NCBI GenBank assembly: GCA_944380415.1
Contig: CALWHN010000003.1
Location: forward strand, 1 to 53,988
DNA from: an uncultured Clostridia bacterium
GTDB taxonomy: Bacteria > Bacillota > Clostridia > Christensenellales > UBA1242
Length of the DNA stretch: 53,988 bases
Direction: 5' to 3'
Shown: piece after piece, positions 46,853 through 53,988 of the stretch
Numbering within the stretch: position 1 is the first letter of the stretch
How the letters are laid out: each line of letters begins with the position of its first letter
Program-made: the position numbers and the translations under genes
Notes under the pieces: generated by a model
Told to the model about the DNA's origin: nothing
Database searches by the model: none
Seen by the model: the letters and a program-made list of their open reading frames with translations, nothing else

Positions 46853-47650
46853 TTAATCATTTTCGTTATAAAAATCAAAAGATTTCATAATTTCTTCAAG
46901 GTCTTCTTTTGGATTTATTGCTTCGTTTAAATCAAACTTTCCATCACCCTTTGAATAATCCGGAACATTTAAAAGTTTTGAATATTTTTCGTCAACTTCA
47001 TCATCACTTGAAAGAAATTTGTCAACAGGGTTTTCATAGTTTTCGCCTTCGTCTATTTTAACGTTTGCTATTGGCTTAATTTGGCTTGCCCTTTCTTCGA
47101 GTTTTTCAAATTCCGTCTTTTGAGAAAGCGTTGGACTAACTTTTCTTTGAATTATCTTTGCCTTTGGGTCGGAAAGCGTTGCCTCTGCCTTCATTCCAGT
47201 TAACCTGTTTAAAAGCATTCTAATTGGATCTGTTGCAGGAGTTTTTGTCATAAGTTCAATGTTAAAATCGTCTTTCAAGGCGGTTTTAATTGATGACTTT
47301 AAATTTTCCATATCTTCTTTTATATTTGAAACATCTTTGATGTCCGCATTTTTTTTAATCATTTCATTGAGCAAAATTTCCCACTTCGTATAAAGCATTC
47401 CAAGTTGCTCAAGCTTTAATTTATAAATTTTCTGCGAGCTCTCCTCAATTTCTTTTGCCTTATCAACAGCGGCGGTTAAAGCCAAATTTATTGACTTTTC
47501 CTTTGATTTAACCGCTTCAATTTCAGCAGTTAGCTTTGCAATTTTCTGGTCTCTTTCCATTAGCTCACGCTGAAAGGACAAGTTTGCCGACCTTATGTAA
47601 TTGTCAACTTCTTCTTCATTATATCCATTTTTTTGTTTTGAAAAATTCAT
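46853..47650 (-). CDS. DivIVA-domain coiled-coil protein
   Basis: N-terminal F.KQKNGYNEEEVDNYI then coiled coil with I..AL..A...A. Confidence 0.75.
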   Translation of the reverse strand: MNFSKQKNGYNEEEVDNYIRSANLSFQRELMERDQKIAKLTAEIEAVKSKEKSINLALTAAVDKAKEIEESSQKIYKLKLEQLGMLYTKWEILLNEMIKKNADIKDVSNIKEDMENLKSSIKTALKDDFNIELMTKTPATDPIRMLLNRLTGMKAEATLSDPKAKIIQRKVSPTLSQKTEFEKLEERASQIKPIANVKIDEGENYENPVDKFLSSDDEVDEKYSKLLNVPDYSKGDGKFDLNEAINPKEDLEEIMKSFDFYNEND

Positions 47651-48144
47651 ACTTTCCTCGTGTTAGATTTAATTGAAAAAATAATTCCAATTAGCGCAAA
47701 GATTAAACAAACCGAAATCAAGCTAATAAACGTCCAAAGAGCCAAAAGTTTTTCGGAATATAACACTAGTAATATAGCACATAGCGCAAAAAAAGCAAAG
47801 ACTTTAAGGTGAAATTTTTGTCGAAAAACAATAAAAATTGAAAGAGATGCAAGGCTAATTCCGCCCAGATAAAGAGCAATCAACAAGGCAACATTAAATG
47901 AAAAATAATAATTTAAAACGCCGCACGCGCCAAACAAAGTTAAAACAGCGCCAAGATAGAGGCTTGAGTCAATTTTATAACACAAAAACCTTGTTAAATT
48001 CGAAAGTCCAAGCGCAACTAAAAACCCAGAGAACCAAAATTGATAAAAATCAATCTCGCCAATAAAAAAACTTAAAGTTAAAAGGGCAAAATATCTAACA
48101 AATAAAAAAAGCGTTACTCCCCTAAAAACATATGTTCGTTTCAC
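47647..48144 (-). CDS. Hypothetical multi-pass membrane protein
   Basis: About six hydrophobic helices; ATGA overlap with the downstream gene. Confidence 0.7.
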   Translation of the reverse strand: MKRTYVFRGVTLFLFVRYFALLTLSFFIGEIDFYQFWFSGFLVALGLSNLTRFLCYKIDSSLYLGAVLTLFGACGVLNYYFSFNVALLIALYLGGISLASLSIFIVFRQKFHLKVFAFFALCAILLVLYSEKLLALWTFISLISVCLIFALIGIIFSIKSNTRKV

Positions 48145-48162
48145 GCTTTTATTATTTCCGTT

Positions 48163-49353
48163 TTAAATTGTTTTAGCAATTTTGTTAATTTCGTTTACAA
48201 TAAATTCATCATTTCTTTGGCTTTCAAAGGCAACGGAATGAGTTGTTATAGTTAAGTCCTTGGAAATTGCCTTCCCCATTCCAACAAGTTTTTTAACAAG
48301 CTGAACGCCCGAAATATTGTGACCCATGTAGCTTGCCATTTGGCTTGCAAAATATTGATCAAGCCTTGTAACAAGGCCCATAATATCAAATATGAACATT
48401 CGAACACTTTTTCCATCTTTCAGCGTTGAATTGCAGAAGTTAATTGCATTTATAATTGCATTATAGCTTTCATCAAGATTGTTGTAATATGTTGTTGCAA
48501 ACATTTCAAGGTTTTTGTTTAACCTTCCATAATAAATTACCTCTGGCGCAAGTTCAATTCCAACAAAAACCAATTTTTCGTCCAAGTTATTGTTTCTTGA
48601 AAGGTTTTCAATTTCCTTAACAATCGCCAAAATTGCGTCCTCGTCATTTTGGAAATATGAAATCGTTCTCTCCCCTTTCTTAATATTTTTTCCAAAAACA
48701 ACCGTGTCAACGCTTGGAATGTCAAAGGCAGAAATATCATAGACCTTTCGTTTTGAATTCCAATTTGAAACATCAACGTCGTTGATTTTTAAAACTTCTT
48801 CCAAAATTCCACAGTCATAATTATCCGAAATTTTTCCGTATGCTAAAACCTTGTCCCCCTCTCTCAAATTATATTTGCTTATAATTTCATCTGGAACATA
48901 GAAGGTTATAAACTTAAAAAGTTCATTGTTCTTTAAGTTATTTAAATAGAAATGGCCGTTAATTGAATCTAAATATCCAAAAATTTGCTTGTTAACATTT
49001 GAATTAATTTGGCCATAAATTGACGGATTTTGAGCAAGCATTAAGATGTTTGAATAAGATTCCCTTTCAATTGGCTTTTGAAGTTTTAAAATTTCTGGCG
49101 GAATATAATCTTTAACCATGGTTGTTATTTTTGTTATTGTTTTTGGCGGACGGCCCTTTTTATTCTGCTTCGCTTCAACTTTAACAGACCCAGAGGAAAT
49201 GTCTAAAATTTCTGTGCAAAGCTGTTCTCTTTTTTTTGTTGTTGGCGAAGAAACGCCAATTGACCGTGCAAGTTCGCGAAGTTCATATATTCCAAGTGTG
49301 TTTAATATTTCTGGTGAAATAACCTTTTCGCTGGAATTCCTCATGTTAGACAT
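48163..49353 (-). CDS. Degenerate Rho-like protein (Rho-N and RNA-binding OB fold, ATPase motifs lost)
   Basis: ELRELARSIGV..PT..K.E.L..EIL, GYLD, YVP...I.KYNLREGDKV, V.KIND; then IKKGER with no Walker A. Confidence 0.75.
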   Translation of the reverse strand: MSNMRNSSEKVISPEILNTLGIYELRELARSIGVSSPTTKKREQLCTEILDISSGSVKVEAKQNKKGRPPKTITKITTMVKDYIPPEILKLQKPIERESYSNILMLAQNPSIYGQINSNVNKQIFGYLDSINGHFYLNNLKNNELFKFITFYVPDEIISKYNLREGDKVLAYGKISDNYDCGILEEVLKINDVDVSNWNSKRKVYDISAFDIPSVDTVVFGKNIKKGERTISYFQNDEDAILAIVKEIENLSRNNNLDEKLVFVGIELAPEVIYYGRLNKNLEMFATTYYNNLDESYNAIINAINFCNSTLKDGKSVRMFIFDIMGLVTRLDQYFASQMASYMGHNISGVQLVKKLVGMGKAISKDLTITTHSVAFESQRNDEFIVNEINKIAKTI

Positions 49354-49391
49354 TATACCCTATTTTTTTACAAAATACAACAATTTTTATA

Positions 49392-49425
49392 AAAAATTGG
49401 AAATTCCGAAAAATTTCCAATTTTT
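49392..49425 (-). terminator. Terminator hairpin after hpf
   Basis: AAAAATTGGAAATT-CCGAAA-AATTTCCAATTTTT. Confidence 0.7.
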
Positions 49426-49443
49426 TCTAACTTTTGCTAATTC

Positions 49444-49971
49444 TTACTTATTAACTTCAATTAAGCCATATTCGCCATTTTTTCTTCTGTAGAGAATGTT
49501 AATTTTTCCTGTTTCAGCGTTTAAGAAAACATAGAAGTCATGGTCAATTGCTTCAAGCATGAAGATTGCGTCTTCCTCAGTAATTGGGTCAAGCGAGAAG
49601 CTTTTTCTCTTTGAAATTTTAGATGGCCCTTCTTCCTCTGGAAGCTCTTCCAAAAATAAAAGGTCTGAAACAACATCTGGAATTTTAAAGTCCTTTCTCT
49701 TTTCTTTAAATTTGATGATTTGTTTTTCAAGTTTTGGAAGCGCAATGTCCAAGTTGTTATACATGTTTTCGCCAATCACCTCTGAACGGAAGAAGCAATT
49801 CTTTGCAGAAATGCTTATTTCAAGCTTAAACATGTTTCCTTCTTTTTTGCAAACAACTTTGCAGTTTGCGCCCTTTCCAAAGTATTTTTCAAGTTTTCCA
49901 ACTTTTTTCTCAATAAGCCCTTGAAGCCTTGCCCCAACATCATAATTTTTTTCAACGATTTCAATATTCAT
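49444..49971 (-). CDS. hpf: Ribosome hibernation promoting factor (long HPF / RaiA)
   Basis: EKKVGKLEKYF, MY..LD....KLEKQI.K.K, C-terminal K.F.L.P...E.A...LE...HDFYVF.N..T..IN.LYRRK.G.YGLIE. Confidence 0.93.
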   Translation of the reverse strand: MNIEIVEKNYDVGARLQGLIEKKVGKLEKYFGKGANCKVVCKKEGNMFKLEISISAKNCFFRSEVIGENMYNNLDIALPKLEKQIIKFKEKRKDFKIPDVVSDLLFLEELPEEEGPSKISKRKSFSLDPITEEDAIFMLEAIDHDFYVFLNAETGKINILYRRKNGEYGLIEVNK

Positions 49972-50024
49972 ATTTCCCTCCTATAAATAATATATCATTT
50001 AAAAAATGTTTACCAAAACAATTT

Positions 50025-50954
50025 TTAAAGATTTCCTTGAAAGAGTTTTATCTTTGAGATAACCAAATTTTTCATCTCTTCGCGCGCGTCTGAAAGGAAA
50101 AATCTTGGGTTAATTTCTTTTGGACTTGCCTTTAAGTTCTTTCTCAAAGAAGCAATAAAACAGAGCCTCAAATCTGTGTCAACATTAACTTTGCAAACAT
50201 TGTGTTCGCTGCAAATTAGTGCAAGTTCCTTTGGCGAAACGCCCTTTGCGCCCTTAATTTTTCCGCCTCTTGCGTTAATTTGCCTTACAATCTTTGCGTC
50301 AACTGTTGAAGCTCCGTGGAGAACGATTGGAAATTTTCCAAGCTCTTTTTCAATTTCGGAAAGAATATCAATCCTAAGCTTTGGTTCGCCAGAAAATTTA
50401 TACGCCCCATGACTTGTCCCAATTGCAACCGCAACAGAATTTACGCCCGTTTGCATAACAAATTGTTTTGCTTCCTTTGGGTTTGTAAACCTAGCATCTT
50501 TATCTTCAACTTCAACGTTATCTTCAATTCCAGAAAGAGTTCCAATTTCACCTTCAACAAAAACACCATGTTTGTCTGCATATTTAACAACACGTTTTGT
50601 CAGTTTAACATTTTCATCAAATGGAAGAGAACTTCCGTCTATCATAACAGAGTCAAACCCAGCGTCAATTGCCTTTCTGCAAACTTCAAAGGATTTTCCA
50701 TGGTCTAAATGCAAATATGCTGGATATTTTTTCTTCTCCGTCAGCGCATCAAACATCATAACCGTTGCATCAATTCCCATATATTTTAGCGCCCCTTCCG
50801 AAACGCTGCAAATAACAGGGCTTGCCATTGCCTCGCCCGCCTCCAAAATTGCCTGAAGGGTTTCAAGGTTGTAGAAATTAAATGCACCGACTGCAAAACG
50901 CTTTTTTAGCGCCTTTTCAAAAGTTATAAAAATTGTATCTGGCTTTCTTTTCAT
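50025..50954 (-). CDS. fba: Class II fructose-bisphosphate aldolase
   Basis: AVGAFN, HLDHG, SVMIDGS, VEGEIG, AIGTSHGAYK, VLHGAS, KVNVDTD. Confidence 0.95.
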   Translation of the reverse strand: MKRKPDTIFITFEKALKKRFAVGAFNFYNLETLQAILEAGEAMASPVICSVSEGALKYMGIDATVMMFDALTEKKKYPAYLHLDHGKSFEVCRKAIDAGFDSVMIDGSSLPFDENVKLTKRVVKYADKHGVFVEGEIGTLSGIEDNVEVEDKDARFTNPKEAKQFVMQTGVNSVAVAIGTSHGAYKFSGEPKLRIDILSEIEKELGKFPIVLHGASTVDAKIVRQINARGGKIKGAKGVSPKELALICSEHNVCKVNVDTDLRLCFIASLRKNLKASPKEINPRFFLSDAREEMKNLVISKIKLFQGNL

Positions 50955-51039
50955 AATTCACCATAATTTTATCAAATTTTACATAAATAGCAAAATGATT
51001 TGATATTTTCACCCATAAATTTATTGTGAGGTGGAAGAT

Positions 51040-51717
51040 ATGAAAAAATATTTAGCTATTTTTCTTTGCTTAGCGGTTGTTGCCTTTGCTTCGGTTATGT
51101 TTGTTGGCTGCAATCAAACGACAACAGAAGATTTAATTTCTGATGCTCGCTATGGTATTTATGATGGCCAAACTGAGGGATTTAATGCAACTTTCGTCTA
51201 TGGTCTTAGAGAAGATCCATATAAAATGGACGGAATTTCCAACAAAAAAGTTGAGTTCGGGGTTGTAAGTGTTGTTTTCAATTCTGACCTTTCAGAGGAA
51301 GATGAAATTAATTACACGCTCACAATTGGGGAAGAAACATATAGCGGAACTTTAGAAAAAAGCCCATATTCAAACGAATATATGGCTAACATTGGAAAAT
51401 CTTGTGATGACAATAGTACAATTTCGCTTTCAGTCACACTAAACAGCGAGCAGCCAGTTACAATTGAGATGCAAAATAAAAATTCAACTTGGAACATCAA
51501 TTTTGAGCGGGCAAAGGAAATTGGCCTTGAAGCGCTAAAAGATGACATAGCGGAAATTGAGGACAAAGGCGAAAGCTATGAAATCTATGTTAAAATTGTT
51601 GGAAATCAAAGTTCAAACTTTGGAACGTATTACTGGATTGTAAGCGTTGTTTCTCCCTCAACGCGCCACAATGTAACAATTTCTCCAACAAGCGAAGAAA
51701 TTTTAGTTAAGAATTAA
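51040..51717 (+). CDS. Hypothetical lipoprotein
   Basis: MKK, hydrophobic stretch and FVGC lipobox; GLRE.PY..DG motif; GAGGTG SD. Confidence 0.75.
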   Translation: MKKYLAIFLCLAVVAFASVMFVGCNQTTTEDLISDARYGIYDGQTEGFNATFVYGLREDPYKMDGISNKKVEFGVVSVVFNSDLSEEDEINYTLTIGEETYSGTLEKSPYSNEYMANIGKSCDDNSTISLSVTLNSEQPVTIEMQNKNSTWNINFERAKEIGLEALKDDIAEIEDKGESYEIYVKIVGNQSSNFGTYYWIVSVVSPSTRHNVTISPTSEEILVKN

Positions 51718-51731
51718 GATTCGGAAAAATG

Positions 51732-51757
51732 AAAGCCATGGAATTGTCCATGGCTTT
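51732..51757. terminator. Bidirectional terminator
   Basis: AAAGCCATGGA-ATTG-TCCATGGCTTTT. Confidence 0.8.
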
Positions 51758-52939
51758 TTAAATTTCAATAATTTCAATTTTATTTAGCGCATCTTCAACA
51801 AGCTCTTCAATGTTCAAGAAACTTTCTTCTCTTTCAACAAGGTCAATCTTCGGCTTAATAATTGGATTTTTGGGAAGAAAAACCGTGCAACAATCTTCAT
51901 AGGGCAAAATTGAAGTTTCATATGTTTCAATAGCCCGGCTGAGTTTGATTATCTCTATTTTATCAAAGCCAATTAGCGGCCTAAAAACAGGAAGATTTTT
52001 CAAAACACCTTCAGTGCTCGTCATGCTTTCAACTGTTTGAGATGCAACTTGGCCAAGGTTCTCGCCCGTTATAATTGCTTGGAAACCAAATTTCTCCGAA
52101 AGTTTTTCGCAAATTCTCATCATAATTCTTCTCATAATTGTAATCATGTAAGCGCTTTTACAATTTTTGTGAATTTCTTCTTGAATTTTAGTAAACGAAA
52201 CGACATAGAGTTTTAAACTTCCGGTGTACTTTGAAACAATTTTAGCAAGCTGAACAACTTTTTCCTTTGCCTGTTCGCTTGTGTACGGAAATGAATGGAA
52301 GTGAACCGCGCTAAGCTTCATCCCGCGCTTTGCCATTAGATATGCCGCAACTGGGCTGTCAATTCCTCCAGAAAGCATAACAAGCCCATTTCCGCTTGTT
52401 CCAACGGGAATTCCGCCTGCCCCTTGAATTTTGTCCATGAAAATATAAGCTTTCTTGTTTTCCCTAATGTCAACAAAAATTGTTTTCTCTGGCAGAGATA
52501 GGTTAACTTTTAAATTCGGAAAGAAATCCAAAACAATTCCGCCTAGTTGCCTTTCAAAATCTGTTGAGTGAATTGGAAATGACTTGTCCGCGCGAGAAAC
52601 CTCAACTTTAAACGTTTTTGCAGAAAAGAGATTAAGCTCCTCATTTTCCAAAAGGTTTTTAAGCGACTTTTCTATTGCTTCTGGGCTGCTTTCAACCTCT
52701 GTTGCAACTGAAACAGAAACAAGGCCAAAAATTTTTGTTGAACTGTGAACAATCGAATCTAGATTGTCCTCGTTAAAATCATAAAGGAGATATCTTCCTC
52801 CAATTTTTTTAAGTTTGACGTTTTCATCAACCTTTAAAAGGCTTTCCATTATGTTATCGATAAGCTGTTTTTCAAAAAGCCCGCGATTTTTTCCCTTTAA
52901 ATGAATTTCACCATATCTAAGTAGAACAACTTTTTTCAT
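51758..52939 (-). CDS. thiI: tRNA 4-thiouridine(8) synthase
   Basis: RYGEI.LKGKNR, THUMP domain, LSGGIDSPVA PP-loop, GENLGQVASQT, PYEDCC. Confidence 0.97.
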   Translation of the reverse strand: MKKVVLLRYGEIHLKGKNRGLFEKQLIDNIMESLLKVDENVKLKKIGGRYLLYDFNEDNLDSIVHSSTKIFGLVSVSVATEVESSPEAIEKSLKNLLENEELNLFSAKTFKVEVSRADKSFPIHSTDFERQLGGIVLDFFPNLKVNLSLPEKTIFVDIRENKKAYIFMDKIQGAGGIPVGTSGNGLVMLSGGIDSPVAAYLMAKRGMKLSAVHFHSFPYTSEQAKEKVVQLAKIVSKYTGSLKLYVVSFTKIQEEIHKNCKSAYMITIMRRIMMRICEKLSEKFGFQAIITGENLGQVASQTVESMTSTEGVLKNLPVFRPLIGFDKIEIIKLSRAIETYETSILPYEDCCTVFLPKNPIIKPKIDLVEREESFLNIEELVEDALNKIEIIEI

Positions 52940-52941
52940 GA

Positions 52942-53988
52942 TTACCTCAATTTTTCAAGCAAATTTTTATATCCTTCTTCAATTATTTCACACGCTTTTA
53001 AAACTTCGTCTTCCTTATTCTCATGTGAAAAACTAATTCTAATTGCTCCTTCAATTTGCTCGCGCGAAAGCCCAATTGCCTCAAGCGTTCTGTTCGTTGT
53101 TTTCTTGCTTGAACAAGCGCTTCCTGTCCCGACAATAACGCCTTTTTCTTCCAATATATGAACAAGTGTTTCTCCGCGAATGCCTTCAAAAGAAAGGCTT
53201 AAAATATATGGGCTAGCGGACTTTGGAGAATTTATTGTTATCCCCTCTTTTCCTTCAAAATAAGTTCTTACAATGTTTGAAAGTTTTTTTACATATTCAA
53301 AGTTTTTTTCAATTTGAAAGGTACCAACAACTTTGGAAAGAGCCAAGATGTAGGCCGTGTTTTCAGTTCCACTTCTAATTCCAAACTCCTGACCTCCGCC
53401 AAAGATTATTGGCTTAAGCTTTGCAATGTTTTTAACATAAAGCGCGCCAATTCCCTTTGGCCCGCCAACTTTGTGACCGCTTATTGAATACAGATCGACG
53501 CCAAGTTTTAGAACATTTGTTTGAATTTTTCCAAACGCTTGAACTCCGTCTGAATGGAAAATTGCGTTTGGCCAAAGATTTTTAACAAGCCTTGAAATTT
53601 TTGAAATGTCGTTAATTGCGCCCGTTTCATTGCTTACATGCATGATTGAAACAAAGGCCGTTGGTTTTTGCAAAATTTCTTTTAACTTGTCTAAATCAAC
53701 TTCTCCAAACTTATTGAGAGGCGCAAAGACAACATTATAGCCTCTTAACTTTAGCTCGTTTGCGCTTGCAAAAACCGCTTGATGCTCGCCCGCGCCAAAG
53801 ACAAATTGGTCGCCCGTTTTTTTTGCACTTCCAAAAATTGCAAGATTGTCTGCCTCTGTTGCACTTCCGGTTATGATTAAGTTGTTATTATAGTCAACCC
53901 CAAGAGCTTTGCAGATTTTTTGTTTTGCTCCGTCAATTTCTCTTCTAACTTCAAGAGATTTTCCGGAAAGCGCAGACGGATTATAAAA
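52942..53988 (-). CDS. Cysteine desulfurase (class V aminotransferase), 5' end outside the window
   Basis: Frame is open to the window edge (FYNPSA.., TGSATEADNLAI); HVSNETG, DGVQAFGK, SGHK.GGPKG, GSACSS; upstream of thiI. Confidence 0.93.
   Translation of the reverse strand, partial: FYNPSALSGKSLEVRREIDGAKQKICKALGVDYNNNLIITGSATEADNLAIFGSAKKTGDQFVFGAGEHQAVFASANELKLRGYNVVFAPLNKFGEVDLDKLKEILQKPTAFVSIMHVSNETGAINDISKISRLVKNLWPNAIFHSDGVQAFGKIQTNVLKLGVDLYSISGHKVGGPKGIGALYVKNIAKLKPIIFGGGQEFGIRSGTENTAYILALSKVVGTFQIEKNFEYVKKLSNIVRTYFEGKEGITINSPKSASPYILSLSFEGIRGETLVHILEEKGVIVGTGSACSSKKTTNRTLEAIGLSREQIEGAIRISFSHENKEDEVLKACEIIEEGYKNLLEKLR

Overview
Low-GC chromosomal segment, most likely from a gut-type, spore-forming Clostridia bacterium (inferred from sigK, spoIVB, spoIIM, dacF, cwlD-like amidase, PFOR and class III RNR). 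Genes run mostly on + up to about 12 kb and mostly on - afterwards. A Xer-type recombinase with a dif-like palindrome directly upstream lies near the switch, which suggests the replication terminus region. Housekeeping content includes serS, rplI, gmk, recN, recA, pgsA, rimO, ftsK, tkt, nrdDG, minDE, galU, hpf, fba, thiI, a cysteine desulfurase and two tRNAs. Main points of interest: (1) a complete OLE RNA, apparently its own transcription unit, followed by oapA; (2) three tandem signal-less BspA-type LRR proteins fused to an uncharacterised C-terminal 'TxCCQ..SC..HG..WVW..FDNIE' domain, one intact, one frameshifted in an A7 tract and one lacking the cysteines; (3) intact but apparently catalytically dead enzymes (CD-NTase-like gene behind serS, Rho without Walker A, shikimate kinase without P-loop); (4) a metal permease gene interrupted by a single in-frame TGA; (5) NrdR-like boxes at non-nrd loci and several apparently leaderless genes. 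No CRISPR array, rRNA, transposase or prophage structural genes were seen. All family assignments come from motif recognition, not from database searches.
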